Assembly: GCA_947258515.1 (NCBI GenBank)
Contig: CAMYIO010000033.1
Location: 609-64,608, forward strand
Reading direction: 5' to 3'
Length of the DNA stretch: 64,000 nt
DNA from: an uncultured Ectothiorhodospiraceae bacterium
Lineage (GTDB): Bacteria; Pseudomonadota; Gammaproteobacteria; UBA9214
The position numbers were made by a program, and so were the translations under genes. The notes beneath the pieces are model-generated. The model saw only the letters and a list, made by a program, of their open reading frames with translations. It was not told where the DNA came from and ran no database searches. Positions 10,325-20,933 of the stretch are shown piece by piece. Within the stretch, counting starts at the first letter, position 1, and each line of letters begins with the position of its first letter.

Positions 10325-11350
10325 ATGCAAGCCATCCGCAAGCTAGTCCTGATTCTTTTGCTGATCAGCTGTAGCCGGGCGTGGAGCGGGTTTTACGAGG
10401 GTTTTGTCCTCTATGAGCAGGGCAATTATGAACTGGCGCTGCAGGAATTCAGACCACTGGCAGAAGGGGGTAACGCCTTCGCGCAATTATATCTTGGCGT
10501 TATGTATAACAAGGGTCACGGTGTAACGCAGAATTTCAATGAAGCAATAAAGTGGTGGCGCATGTCAGCCGAGCAGGGCGGGGCTGTTGCGCAGTACAAC
10601 CTGGGTGGTATGTATGAACGTGGCCAGGGTGTCCAGCGCAATGACAGTGAAGCCGTGAAGTGGTATCGCAAGGCAGCCAATTCCGGCTTGGCCGACGCGC
10701 AGTACAATATGGGTAACATGTACACAAAGGGCAAGGGAATCCCGCAGAACTACAAGGTGGCGGCTTACTGGTATCGCAAGGCCGCGGCGCAGGATGATGC
10801 CCGCGCACAGTTAAGCCTCGGCGTCATGTACGACGGTGGCCGGGGAGTGGAAAGAGATTACGCACAGGCCGCGGACTGGTATCGCAAGGCGGCGGAACAG
10901 GGTGACCCACGGGCGCAATACAACCTCGGCGGTCTCTATGCAAAGGGTCAGGGTGTAGAAAAAGATTACTCGCAGGCGGCGGCCTGGTATCGCAAGGCGG
11001 CGGAACAGGGCGACCCGCTTGCGCAATACAATCTCGGCATCCTCTACGATGAAGGCCAGGGTGTATTGCAGGACGACAAGCTGGCAGTAAAGTGGTACCA
11101 CAGGGCTGCCGAGCAGGGGTTTGCCGATGCGCAATACAATCTGGCCATCATGTACCACGAGGGTATGGGGATTCAGCAGGATGATGTTAAGGCCTACAAG
11201 TGGTTCAGTATTGTTGCTGCGGGAGGCAATCATGGTGCGCTCAGTGGGCGCGATACCATTGCCAAAACAATGACAGCCACTCAGATTGCAGACGCTCAAA
11301 GGCTTGCCCGGGAGTGGCTTAACGCACATAAAGTGCAGGCAGCCAAATAG
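10325..11350 (+). CDS. Exported Sel1-like repeat protein
   Basis: Signal peptide; about seven 36-aa repeats of AQYNLG.MY..G.GV..D...A..WYRKAAEQG. Confidence 0.92.
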   Translation: MQAIRKLVLILLLISCSRAWSGFYEGFVLYEQGNYELALQEFRPLAEGGNAFAQLYLGVMYNKGHGVTQNFNEAIKWWRMSAEQGGAVAQYNLGGMYERGQGVQRNDSEAVKWYRKAANSGLADAQYNMGNMYTKGKGIPQNYKVAAYWYRKAAAQDDARAQLSLGVMYDGGRGVERDYAQAADWYRKAAEQGDPRAQYNLGGLYAKGQGVEKDYSQAAAWYRKAAEQGDPLAQYNLGILYDEGQGVLQDDKLAVKWYHRAAEQGFADAQYNLAIMYHEGMGIQQDDVKAYKWFSIVAAGGNHGALSGRDTIAKTMTATQIADAQRLAREWLNAHKVQAAK

Positions 11351-11491
11351 GTTCACTCTCAACAATAACTCATAAATTACTGTTATTTAATGCATATAAC
11401 ATGATTTACTCTCATGGTGAACATACCAGCAGGCGCAGAAACCTCAAACGCGGCAGATAAATCGAGCTATAATATTAGGAATTGATTATAT

Positions 11492-13483
11492 TTGGCCTTG
11501 TTAATGTACAAGCATTTCTACCAACTCGTCACCAATCCCTTCAGGCTCGCGCCCGAGCCCGATTTCTGTTTTAGCCATTCAGGCTACGAGCGCGCCAGGG
11601 AATACCTTGAATACGCACTTGCCCAGGGGGAAGGCTTTGTCATGGTGACCGGTCGACCAGGCACCGGTAAAACGATGCTGGTTGAAACGTTTCTCAAGGC
11701 AATCAACCCCGGCGAGGTGGCTGCAAGACGCATTGCCGTATCCAGTTTCGGGGCAACTGATCTACTGCGTGCCGTGGCTTACGCCTACGGTATCGAGGCA
11801 GCCGGGATGGACAAGGGCACCATGCGCCACCGGATTCAGCAGTTCTTTGTACAACAGGAGCGCACCGGACGGCGCGTACTGCTGATAATTGATGAGGCAC
11901 AGGCGCTCAGTCATGCCGCCCTGGAAGAACTGAGGATACTGGCAGACCTGCAGACGCAATCGCGCCTGATGCTGCAACTCTTTCTGGTCGGGCAGGAGTC
12001 GTTGCAGGATTTGATGCAGACACCTGCCATGGAGCAATTCCAGCAACGCGTCATCGCAAATTATCAGCTGGTGCCGCTCAATCTGGAAGACACGCGCGCA
12101 TACATTGAACATCGCCTGCTGCAAGCCGGCTGGAAAGGCGATCCGGAATTCAGCAGTGCCGCGGTGTCAGGAATTTATCAACTCAGTAATGGCGTGCCAC
12201 GCCATATAAACAAGATATGTAACCGCTTGTTGCTCCTCGGTTTCGGCAAGGCCAGCCACATCTTTGACGAACAGGACATCGTGGAAATAGCCGCCGAGAT
12301 GCGTGAAGAGCGATTAACACCGCTGGTGCCAAAGCAGACAACGCACAACGACGTTGGCAATGTCACCAATCTGTCCGAAATTCGTGATAGCCAGATATTC
12401 GGGACCGATCTGGCCATTCGGGCAGACAAGATGGATGCCAGTGCGGTCGCCATCGCTGAAGGTTCACGGCTGGCTGTACGGAACAAGGAAGGGTTTATAA
12501 CGCGTCACCACACACACCCTGTGAGCCGCCATGAGCAGACCACCACACCCGATATAGAAACGGCCACACCGGCAAAGATTGCGCCCGAGCCGTTACATGC
12601 CGCCAACGAATCGTTCACTGCAACACGTGATCCTGAACACAGGGTAAAAGAGCGCCATACAGGTCACCATGGCTGGAAAAGAACGCTATCCGTCACAGCC
12701 GTGTTGCTGGTCCTGTTGGCGGTCAGTGTCGCAGTCGTACCCTCATTTCCGGGACACGAAGGTGTCAGGGACAGGCTGCTGTCATTTTTGGATCAATTTC
12801 AACGGCAAGACCCGCGGCTTGCCACCTTGCTGGAAGAAACAGCAGCAGCGGCACCCGGTGCTGGCAGTGAAATACGGCTACAGGCTGAAGATGAAAACGT
12901 GAGCACACCTGCGCAAGATGCTGGCCCGGCCGCACCGACCACAGCTACCGCCGGTGTTATCAACAGACATCCTGTGAAGACCGGGGGATCTGTCCCGGCG
13001 TCGTGGATTACTAAAATACGCGGGCAGGCCAATGTCATGGAGAGCAGCAATATCGAGGTGATACTTGCACAAGGCCGACAGGCACTGGATGACTACCGTC
13101 TGGTGACGCCCGAAGGCAATAATGCCTATGAATACCTGCTTGCAGCCCTGCAGCTGGATCCGGGAAACGAACCGGCCCAGGCGGGTATTGAGGAGATTGT
13201 TGATATTTATATTACACTCGCATCAAAGGCCGCAAACAACAACGAGCTCGAGAGAGCAGGTCGCTACCTTGATCGCGGGCTCGGCATACAACCGGATAAC
13301 CCTGAGTTACTGGTATTGAGAAACACCGTTAACGGCACAATGGAAGCTGCGCACGTAATGCAGGGGACAGCGGCACAGCTAACAGGCGATAGCACGACAT
13401 CGCGGTTACAGCCGGCCCTGATAAAACGGCAGGCCGCGGACAGAAGGCACGACCTCAGCACCACGGCTGGCTGGGATAGCTGA
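11492..13483 (+). CDS. ExeA/GspA-family AAA ATPase with TM helix and C-terminal TPR-like periplasmic domain
   Basis: NPFRLAPEP, GRPGTGKT, IIDEAQ, LVGQ, GVPRHINKIC; hydrophobic span VTAVLLVLLAVSVAVV. Confidence 0.85.
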   Translation: MALLMYKHFYQLVTNPFRLAPEPDFCFSHSGYERAREYLEYALAQGEGFVMVTGRPGTGKTMLVETFLKAINPGEVAARRIAVSSFGATDLLRAVAYAYGIEAAGMDKGTMRHRIQQFFVQQERTGRRVLLIIDEAQALSHAALEELRILADLQTQSRLMLQLFLVGQESLQDLMQTPAMEQFQQRVIANYQLVPLNLEDTRAYIEHRLLQAGWKGDPEFSSAAVSGIYQLSNGVPRHINKICNRLLLLGFGKASHIFDEQDIVEIAAEMREERLTPLVPKQTTHNDVGNVTNLSEIRDSQIFGTDLAIRADKMDASAVAIAEGSRLAVRNKEGFITRHHTHPVSRHEQTTTPDIETATPAKIAPEPLHAANESFTATRDPEHRVKERHTGHHGWKRTLSVTAVLLVLLAVSVAVVPSFPGHEGVRDRLLSFLDQFQRQDPRLATLLEETAAAAPGAGSEIRLQAEDENVSTPAQDAGPAAPTTATAGVINRHPVKTGGSVPASWITKIRGQANVMESSNIEVILAQGRQALDDYRLVTPEGNNAYEYLLAALQLDPGNEPAQAGIEEIVDIYITLASKAANNNELERAGRYLDRGLGIQPDNPELLVLRNTVNGTMEAAHVMQGTAAQLTGDSTTSRLQPALIKRQAADRRHDLSTTAGWDS

Positions 13484-13629
13484 CGATAACCGGCCGGCCC
13501 GCTGGTCAGGCAGGTGAAAGTCAGCCAGCCGTCCGGGCTCGCGAGCGCTGGCCTTCGGTCTGCCTGGTTAAGATGACAGGATCAGACACCCCGGCAGGCC
13601 CGGCTTCATTTAAATCATCGGATCAATCT

Positions 13630-13643
13630 TTGACCAGGATCAA
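13630..13643 (+). promoter_or_regulatory. FNR/Anr-type box
   Basis: TTGAC-CAGG-ATCAA; GATAAT at 13667-13672 (23-nt gap). Confidence 0.65.
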
Positions 13644-13726
13644 ACCCAAAGGCATGGCACAGCGCCGATAATCCCCATACAGCAATCCGTATTAACAACA
13701 ATCCTGTCACTGCGGGACCTACTCAG

Positions 13727-16480
13727 GTGATGACAGCACTCACTGACAGTAACAAGGGCATAGCCGTCCTGAATGCACGACTCGGTCGACTGCTGGGTGT
13801 CATCATCCTGCTGTTCTCGCTGCTGGCGCTCAATTCGATCTATCTCGCAGCCATTTCACTGTTCGAGGCAATAAGTGGCGAAGTACAGCAGAACTATTTT
13901 TACCTGCTGATGTTCCTGCTGCACCTGGCGCTGGGCCTGTTGATCACCCTGCCGGTGATCGTGTTCGCACTGGCACACATGCGGCGCGCCTGGCGGCGAC
14001 CGAATCGTTATGCTGTCAGGGCAGGTATGGGGCTGTTCTTCACAGTACTGGTATTGCTGTTTTCCGGGCTGTTGCTGACGCGCTTCGAGTTCTTCGAGAT
14101 CAACGATCCACAGGTGCGACGCATTGGCTACTGGCTGCACGTCATCAGTCCGTTCGTCGTTATCTGGCTATTCGTGCTACACCGTCTTGCCGGCCCGCCG
14201 ATCCGCTGGAAGACCGGCTTGCGCTGGTTACTTGCCACCACGGGATTTGCAGCCGTGATGATCGTGCTGCAGACGCTCATACTGACCGACAGCAGTGCAG
14301 CGAAAACAGTGGCATTCCCGCCCTCGCTGGCAATCATGCAGGGCAGCGATTCGATACCGCCTGAACATCTGATGACGGATGAGGCCTGTGCACAGTGCCA
14401 CCCGGACATCGCAAAGACGCACGAACAGAGCATGCACCGCTTCAGCTCCTTCAATAACCCGGCCTACAAATTCAGCGTCGAGGAAACACGCAGGGTCGTG
14501 CTGCAGCGCGATGGCACTGTGCAGGCAGCGCGTTTTTGCGCCGCCTGCCACGATCAGGTCCCCCTGTTCAGCGGTCAGTTCGACGACCCGGACTACGATA
14601 CCGAAGGAAACCCGACGGCACAGGCCGGTATCACCTGCATGGTCTGTCACGCCATGACCCGGGTCAATGGTGTGCACGGTAATGGAGACTTCACCATTGC
14701 CGATCCGCCACGCTATCCCTTCGCATTCAGCGAGTCGCCACTGCTGCACAGTATCAACGCACAGCTGATCAAGGCGAAACCGGCATTCCACATGAAAACC
14801 CTGCTGAAACCGTTTCATCGCACCGCCGAATTCTGTTCTGTCTGCCACAAGGCAAATCTGCCGTCCGAGGTCAATCATTACCGCTGGCTGCGTGCCCAGG
14901 ACCACTATGACAGCTTCCTGCAGAGTGGTGTTTCCGGGCACCGGGTAGACAGTTTCTATTACCCGGCACAGGCCGTAGCACGCTGCAGTGATTGTCATAT
15001 GCCGTTGATGCCGTCAGACGACCCGGCGGCACGCGATTTCGATTACAGCAAGCAGCGCAGCGTGCACAATCACCAGTTCCCGGCGGCCAATACCGGTATC
15101 ACAAAGCTGCTGGATTTACCCGACTGGGTCATGCAGGCACACCGGCAGCGTCTCAGCGATGTCACGCGCGTCGATATCTTTGCCATCAAGGAAGACGGTC
15201 GCATCGATGGTGAACTGCATGCGCCGTTACGGCCGTCGCTACCGGAATTGCTGCCCGGGAAACGCTACCTGGTCGAGATCGTCGTCCGCACCACCGGGGT
15301 CGGACATCACCTGACGCAGGGCACCGCTGACTCCAATGAACTGTGGCTGGATGTGACTGTCAGTGCGGACGGCAAGCTCATCGGCCGTAGCGGCAGCCTG
15401 GATGCACAGGGGGCCGTCAACCCCTGGTCCTACTTCGTCAACAGCTATGTACTGGACAGGCAGGGCAGGCGCATTGACCGGCGCAACGGTCAGGATATCT
15501 TTGTCGCCCTCTACAACCACCAGATTCCGCCAGGCGCCGCGACCGTGGTGCACTACCTGCTGGAGGTACCGCAAGACGCACGGGGACCGGTTGCCATCGA
15601 GGCACAACTAAACTACCGTAAATTCGACGCAACCTACCTGCGTCACCTGCAGGGCGAACAATACAGCGGCAACCGGCTACCGGTCACGGTGATGGCATCT
15701 GACCGGCTGCAGTTGCCATTGCAGGGCCAGCATGCCTCACTCGACGAGCAACAAATCGTGGCAGTCAAGCCCGGCGAGCGCTGGAATGACTACGGCATCG
15801 GGCTACTTCGTGAAGGCAACAGCGGATCCAGCAAGGGCGAATTGCGCCAGGCGGAACAGGCCTTTCAACAGGTGGAGGCGCTGGGTGAAAACAGCGGCGC
15901 GCTGAACCTGGCGCGCGTCTACTTCAAGGAAGGACAGCTGGAACAGGCCGCAATGGCACTGCGGCGAGCCAGCGAGCAACAGGCACTGCCGTGGACAATC
16001 GCCTGGTACAGCGCCCTGATCGACCGCGAAAACGGCCACCTGGAGGCCGCGACACGCACCCTGGAATTCATTATCAACAATCAGTTCGCGGACGCACGCC
16101 AGCGCGGCTTCGACTTTTCCTACGACGTCAGGGTGCTGAATGAACTGGGCCGTACCCTGTATGAGCGCAGCCGGCAATTGCACGGTGCCGCGCAGCACGA
16201 ACTGCTGATACAGGCGCTGGGCTGGTTTGACAGGACCTTGCGAATAGATCCTGAGAACCTTGCCGCGCATTACAACCTCGCCCTGGTGCATGCGCAGCTC
16301 GGCAATACCGAAAAGTCAGGACAACATCGGGCATTGCATGAAAAATACCGTCCGGATGATCACGCCGTTGAACAGGCGGTCGCCCGACACCGCCGCGACA
16401 ATCCTGCCGCCGATCATGCCGCCGCCGCCACTGCCATCTACGACCTGGGCCGCGGGTTAAACGTAGAGACCGACCATTGA
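13727..16480 (+). CDS. Membrane-anchored pentaheme cytochrome c with C-terminal TPR repeats
   Basis: About 5 N-terminal TM helices with 4 His; CAQCH, CAACH, CMVCH, CSVCH, CSDCH; WNDYGIGLL followed by TPR helices. Confidence 0.85.
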   Translation: MMTALTDSNKGIAVLNARLGRLLGVIILLFSLLALNSIYLAAISLFEAISGEVQQNYFYLLMFLLHLALGLLITLPVIVFALAHMRRAWRRPNRYAVRAGMGLFFTVLVLLFSGLLLTRFEFFEINDPQVRRIGYWLHVISPFVVIWLFVLHRLAGPPIRWKTGLRWLLATTGFAAVMIVLQTLILTDSSAAKTVAFPPSLAIMQGSDSIPPEHLMTDEACAQCHPDIAKTHEQSMHRFSSFNNPAYKFSVEETRRVVLQRDGTVQAARFCAACHDQVPLFSGQFDDPDYDTEGNPTAQAGITCMVCHAMTRVNGVHGNGDFTIADPPRYPFAFSESPLLHSINAQLIKAKPAFHMKTLLKPFHRTAEFCSVCHKANLPSEVNHYRWLRAQDHYDSFLQSGVSGHRVDSFYYPAQAVARCSDCHMPLMPSDDPAARDFDYSKQRSVHNHQFPAANTGITKLLDLPDWVMQAHRQRLSDVTRVDIFAIKEDGRIDGELHAPLRPSLPELLPGKRYLVEIVVRTTGVGHHLTQGTADSNELWLDVTVSADGKLIGRSGSLDAQGAVNPWSYFVNSYVLDRQGRRIDRRNGQDIFVALYNHQIPPGAATVVHYLLEVPQDARGPVAIEAQLNYRKFDATYLRHLQGEQYSGNRLPVTVMASDRLQLPLQGQHASLDEQQIVAVKPGERWNDYGIGLLREGNSGSSKGELRQAEQAFQQVEALGENSGALNLARVYFKEGQLEQAAMALRRASEQQALPWTIAWYSALIDRENGHLEAATRTLEFIINNQFADARQRGFDFSYDVRVLNELGRTLYERSRQLHGAAQHELLIQALGWFDRTLRIDPENLAAHYNLALVHAQLGNTEKSGQHRALHEKYRPDDHAVEQAVARHRRDNPAADHAAAATAIYDLGRGLNVETDH

Positions 16481-16590
16481 ATTCGCGGATGCGGTCCGCT
16501 CCTACAGGTGGCTGTAATGGGTGTAGGAACGCTCCGCGAGCGCGATCGGGGTAACTGCTGGATTCGCGGATGCGATCCGCTCTTATAGAG
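16481..16590. repeat. GTAG-family REP cluster (variant type)
   Basis: TTCGCGGATGCGGTCCGCTCCTAC, GTAGGAACGCTCCGCGAGCGCGAT and a degenerate copy TTCGCGGATGCGATCCGCTCTTAT. Confidence 0.7.
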
Positions 16591-16621
16591 CCACAAAAGT
16601 ATGCTGTGATAATGCATTCAA

Positions 16622-16635
16622 ATGATGTACATCAA
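16622..16635 (+). promoter_or_regulatory. FNR/Anr-type box (near consensus)
   Basis: ATGAT-GTAC-ATCAA; TAAAAT at 16659-16664 (23-nt gap). Confidence 0.55.
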
Positions 16636-16696
16636 TTCACCACACCACCGCGGGGTTGTAAAATCCCGCTATGTATTCATCTACTGACAAACTTTC

Positions 16697-18535
16697 ATGA
16701 CAAAGCAACACAATAATACTGACACCACACGGGCCGGTGAAGCCATCATTCGGCACTGGTTTCGCCGCTCACTCGCCATCATCCTGGGCGTCGGGATTAT
16801 CGCAGCCGGCATTGTCTGGTACCTGGGGCGCGACAGCGCACCCGACATAATTATCGAAGAGGCCGTCGTCAGCGGCCCGGTCGTTGCGGCACACACACCG
16901 CAGCAAACCCCTCCGGCGGTGATCTTCAGGGATATCACGGCAGCAGCCGGTATTGAGTTTGTCCATACAAACGGCGCCTACGGTGACAAGCTCATGCCGG
17001 AGACCATCGGCAGCGGTGCGGCATTCCTCGATTACGACAATGACACTGACCAGGACCTGTTACTGGTGAATTCCAGCTGGTTCCCCGGCCATGAACAGGA
17101 GAACCTGCCAACACTGGCACTGTACCGGAACGATGGCAGCGGCCGGTTCACCGACGTCACCCGGGAAACCGGACTGGCCATCAACTGCTACGGCATGGGC
17201 GTCGCGGCCGGTGATTATGACAACGACGGCTGGACAGATCTGTATATCACGGCACTGGGTGACAATTATCTGCTCAAAAACGGGCAGGGACACTTTACCG
17301 ATGTAACGACATCCACGGGCACCGCCGGCCAGACCTCCGACTGGAGTACAGCAGCAGCCTTTCTTGATATCGACAATGACGGTGACCTGGACCTGTTTGT
17401 CGGCAACTACGTGCAGTGGTCACGCCAGATTGATCTGGAGATCGACTTTCGCCTCACCGGCGTGGGACGTTCGATTGGTGCCCCCAACCATTTTTTCGGT
17501 ACTACCAACCGGCTGTACCGTAATGAGGGTGATGGCCGTTTCAGCGATGTATCCGCATCAGCGGGCATCATGATTACTGACCCCGTCACGCATGCACCGG
17601 CAGGCAAAACGCTGTCAGTAGCCCCGGTAGATTATGACCGCGATGGCCTTATGGACCTGTTCGTAGCCAATGACACCACCCGGAACTTTCTCTATCACAA
17701 CCTCGGCAAAGGACAATTCGAGGAGATCGGCGCCCTCGAGGGTATTGCCTATGACCGCAACGGCAAGGCCACCGGTGCCATGGGCATCGACGCCGCGTAT
17801 TTCCGCAATGATGAGGACCTCGGCATCGGTATTGGCAACTTCGCCAACGAAATGAGCTCACTGTATGTCACGGCCGGCGGACAGCCGCCCTTTGCTGACG
17901 AAGCCATCCTGGAGGGTTTTGGACCGGCGTCACGCCTGGCACTGACCTTTGGACTGTTCTTCTTTGACTATGACCTTGACGGCCGGCTCGACCTGTTTCA
18001 GGCAAACGGTCACCTCGAAACAGAGATCAACCTCATGCAGTCCAGCCAGACCTATGCACAAGCCGCGCAGTTGTTCTGGAATTGCGGGTCGGCCTGCCGC
18101 AGCCGCTTTGTTACCGTCACCGACAGTGGCGATTTTGCCAATCCCATGGTCGGCCGCGGCGCCGCCTACGCGGATATCGATAGTGACGGTGACCTCGACG
18201 TGGTGGTCACCCAGAACGGCCGCCGGGCCGTACTGTTCCGCAATGACCAGTCACTCGGGCATCATTGGCTGCGGGTCCGGCTGGTAGGAGATCGCGCCAA
18301 CCGAAACGCCATTGGTGCCACAGTGGAGATATCGGTCGACGGCGTTACCCAGCGGCGGATGGTGATGCCGACACGCAGCTACCTGTCCCAGTCCGAACTG
18401 CCCGTCACCTTTGGCCTGGGTACCCGCCACTCACTGGATGAACTGCACATCACCTGGCCTGACGGCCAGCGGCAAACCGTTCCCGTGCCCGCCGTCAATG
18501 TCATGATGACCATCACCCAAAGCGACCAGCCATAG
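16697..18535 (+). CDS. CRTAC1-family protein (FG-GAP/VCBS repeats plus ASPIC-UnbV domain), membrane anchored
   Basis: Repeated DYDNDG..DL motifs; C-terminal NRNAIGA...SYLSQSELPVTFGLG...ITWPDG. Confidence 0.9.
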   Translation: MTKQHNNTDTTRAGEAIIRHWFRRSLAIILGVGIIAAGIVWYLGRDSAPDIIIEEAVVSGPVVAAHTPQQTPPAVIFRDITAAAGIEFVHTNGAYGDKLMPETIGSGAAFLDYDNDTDQDLLLVNSSWFPGHEQENLPTLALYRNDGSGRFTDVTRETGLAINCYGMGVAAGDYDNDGWTDLYITALGDNYLLKNGQGHFTDVTTSTGTAGQTSDWSTAAAFLDIDNDGDLDLFVGNYVQWSRQIDLEIDFRLTGVGRSIGAPNHFFGTTNRLYRNEGDGRFSDVSASAGIMITDPVTHAPAGKTLSVAPVDYDRDGLMDLFVANDTTRNFLYHNLGKGQFEEIGALEGIAYDRNGKATGAMGIDAAYFRNDEDLGIGIGNFANEMSSLYVTAGGQPPFADEAILEGFGPASRLALTFGLFFFDYDLDGRLDLFQANGHLETEINLMQSSQTYAQAAQLFWNCGSACRSRFVTVTDSGDFANPMVGRGAAYADIDSDGDLDVVVTQNGRRAVLFRNDQSLGHHWLRVRLVGDRANRNAIGATVEISVDGVTQRRMVMPTRSYLSQSELPVTFGLGTRHSLDELHITWPDGQRQTVPVPAVNVMMTITQSDQP

Positions 18536-18542
18536 GTACAAC

Positions 18543-20219
18543 ATGTCATTTCTCAACAGGCTTAAACTGCTCACATTTATCACCTTGCTGCTGGCCGGTC
18601 CACCTGCCATGGCGGGCGATGCCGCATCCGCGCTGCCCGTGTCGCTGGCAGGCAGCTTGCGGGCCATCCAGGAGGTCAGGCTGGATGACCTGGATACGCA
18701 GGCCCGGGACAGTATCCAGCTGGCACGGCGACAACTCAACGAGGTGCTGCAAGCGCAACCCGTTCAGCTTGACAAGCTGGCCGCCGCCTATGGTGAGCTG
18801 GGCGGACTCTACCAGGTCCACGCTGCCTTCCCGGCTGCTGAGGATTGTTACCACAATGCCGGGCAACTGGCACCCGATGAGTTCCGCTGGGCCTACTACG
18901 CAGCCTATCTCGCCGAGAAGGACGGGCGTACCAAACTGGCCCTGGACCGCTACCGGCATGCCCTGACACTGGACACCGCCTACAAGGCCCTTACGCTGCG
19001 GCTTGGAAACATCCTGCTGGATCTCAACGAACTGGAGCAGGCGCAGACAGCGTTTCAAGAGGTTGTAAGCGCCGTCGGACTGGAGGCGGCGTCTCTATAC
19101 GGTCTCGGGCAGATTGCCCTGCTGCAGCGCGATTATGACACGGCCATTGATGCCTTTACCCGTGCCCTGCAGTACGAACCGGCCGCATCCCGCATACATT
19201 ACCCACTGGCGCAGGCACTGCGTGCAACACAGCGTAACGACGAGGCAAAAGCCCAGCTGGCACTGCGCGGTGACCAGCCACCTTCCTTCAGAGACCCGCT
19301 GATCGAGGGCCTCGAAGCACTGAAGATCGGCTCACGTTTCCAATTCCTGCAGGCCATGAAGGCTATCAAGCGGCAGGACTATGCAGCAGCCAGCGAGGCC
19401 TTTGCAGAGGGGCTGTCCGGCGATCCGGACAATGTTCAGGCCCGCATCAGTTACGCACGCACGCTGTACCTCGCAGATAAAAAGAGCGGGGCCCGGCAGG
19501 CACTGGAAGCAGCACTTGCCATGCAGCCGGACAACTCGCTGGGCCTGTTCCTGCTGGGGATACTGGCTGAAGAGACGGGTGATGCCAGCAAGGCCGCCTC
19601 TTATTACCGTCTCGCGATTCGCTACACGCCTGACCATACCGGTGCGCATCAATACCTGGCCGATCAGTATTACCGTCAGGGCAACTACACAGCAGCTGCA
19701 GAACACTATGCCAGCAGTATCAGGGGAGAACCGAGCAATCTGGCGGCGACGATCCCCTACATAGGGACGCTGCTGCTAACCGATGCGCCTGCCGCCACCT
19801 TGATGACCGAGCTTGAAACCGCAATCGATCGTTTTCCTGAATATCCCGGCTTCAAGTCCCTGCAAATACTGCTGCTGGCCGGCAGCCGTAATCCAGAGAT
19901 TCATGCCCCGGAAACGGCGCTGAAAAACGCACAGCAACTGAACGATCAGTACCGAATACCACCGCACCAGGAATTGCTGGCGCTGGCCTACGCAGCGTCT
20001 GGCGACTACCCGCAAGCGGTATCCATGCAGGAAGAGCTGCTGTCCTATGCGCACCGCGCCATGCCGGGAGAGGCGGACCGCGTGGCACAAACCCTCGCTT
20101 ACTATCAGGACAAGACACTGCCCCCGCTGGATGAGCTTCTCAATTATGCTGCATTAGAGGCACAAAGATTCAATGCCACCGCGGCGTTTCGCGATTACCC
20201 GGCACCCAGACCCTATTGA
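18543..20219 (+). CDS. Exported TPR-repeat protein
   Basis: Signal peptide and many Ala-rich TPR helix pairs; starts 7 nt after the CRTAC1 gene. Confidence 0.85.
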   Translation: MSFLNRLKLLTFITLLLAGPPAMAGDAASALPVSLAGSLRAIQEVRLDDLDTQARDSIQLARRQLNEVLQAQPVQLDKLAAAYGELGGLYQVHAAFPAAEDCYHNAGQLAPDEFRWAYYAAYLAEKDGRTKLALDRYRHALTLDTAYKALTLRLGNILLDLNELEQAQTAFQEVVSAVGLEAASLYGLGQIALLQRDYDTAIDAFTRALQYEPAASRIHYPLAQALRATQRNDEAKAQLALRGDQPPSFRDPLIEGLEALKIGSRFQFLQAMKAIKRQDYAAASEAFAEGLSGDPDNVQARISYARTLYLADKKSGARQALEAALAMQPDNSLGLFLLGILAEETGDASKAASYYRLAIRYTPDHTGAHQYLADQYYRQGNYTAAAEHYASSIRGEPSNLAATIPYIGTLLLTDAPAATLMTELETAIDRFPEYPGFKSLQILLLAGSRNPEIHAPETALKNAQQLNDQYRIPPHQELLALAYAASGDYPQAVSMQEELLSYAHRAMPGEADRVAQTLAYYQDKTLPPLDELLNYAALEAQRFNATAAFRDYPAPRPY

Positions 20220-20302
20220 AGCATCGCTCACGCGCATAGCCCAGGCCAGCCTCGGTTTCGCCTTCTCCTTGCGCTCCACGATATAGCTGCGTCCCTGCAG
20301 GC

Positions 20303-20329
20303 AAAAAAGGCGCACCCTGGGGTGCGCCC
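20303..20329 (-). terminator. Rho-independent terminator of the sulfur globule protein gene
   Basis: Minus strand GGCGCACC-CCAG-GGTGCGCC followed by TTTTTT. Confidence 0.8.
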
Positions 20330-20392
20330 TATGCACTGCGTGGCTACCGATTCAGCACTCAGGATATTAACTGAATCGATAGCGCTTGCAGA

Positions 20393-20782
20393 TTACTTCG
20401 CCGGCGCTGCGGCGGGTGCTGCCGGTGCTGCCGGTGCTGCCGGTGCTGCCGGTGCTGCCGGTGCATAGCCATAGCCACCCCAGCCATAGCCCGGATAGCC
20501 ACCATAGCCACCATAGCCGTAGCCCGGATAACCGCCATAGCCACCATAGCCGTAGCGCGGATAGCCGCCATAGCCGTAGCCCGGATAGCCACCCCAGCCA
20601 TAGCCCGGATAGCCGCCATAGCCGTAGCCCGGATAGCCGCCATAGCCCCAGGGGCCACCACCCCAGGGACCGTAATAGTCGTCATAATAATCATTACCCC
20701 ACCAGGCACTGGCTGTACCGGCGCCCAGGGCGGCAGTACCGGCAACGATGGCGACGGCAATAAGCTTGGTCATTTCCTTCAT
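20393..20782 (-). CDS. Sulfur globule envelope protein (Sgp-like)
   Basis: Signal peptide ending ASA-WWG, GPWGGGPWG, tandem GYGGYPGY repeats, (PAA)n tail; GGAGGA RBS. Confidence 0.8.
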   Translation of the reverse strand: MKEMTKLIAVAIVAGTAALGAGTASAWWGNDYYDDYYGPWGGGPWGYGGYPGYGYGGYPGYGWGGYPGYGYGGYPRYGYGGYGGYPGYGYGGYGGYPGYGWGGYGYAPAAPAAPAAPAAPAAPAAAPAK

Positions 20783-20933
20783 GATTAATCCTCCAAATAC
20801 GAAAAATTGTCATAACAACCGTTGCAGGCTCAGACACCAGCTAACGTCTGTAGAGTATAGTCAATTCTTTGGCCACTCTCCTAGTCCCCCGGATTGCATC
20901 TGACAGGCATCCGGGCATCTATTTTCAGATACT

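Noticed and set aside
10770-11090. Near-identical 108-nt repeats as a mobile or regulatory array
   Set aside because: Explained by in-frame Sel1 repeat units of the protein
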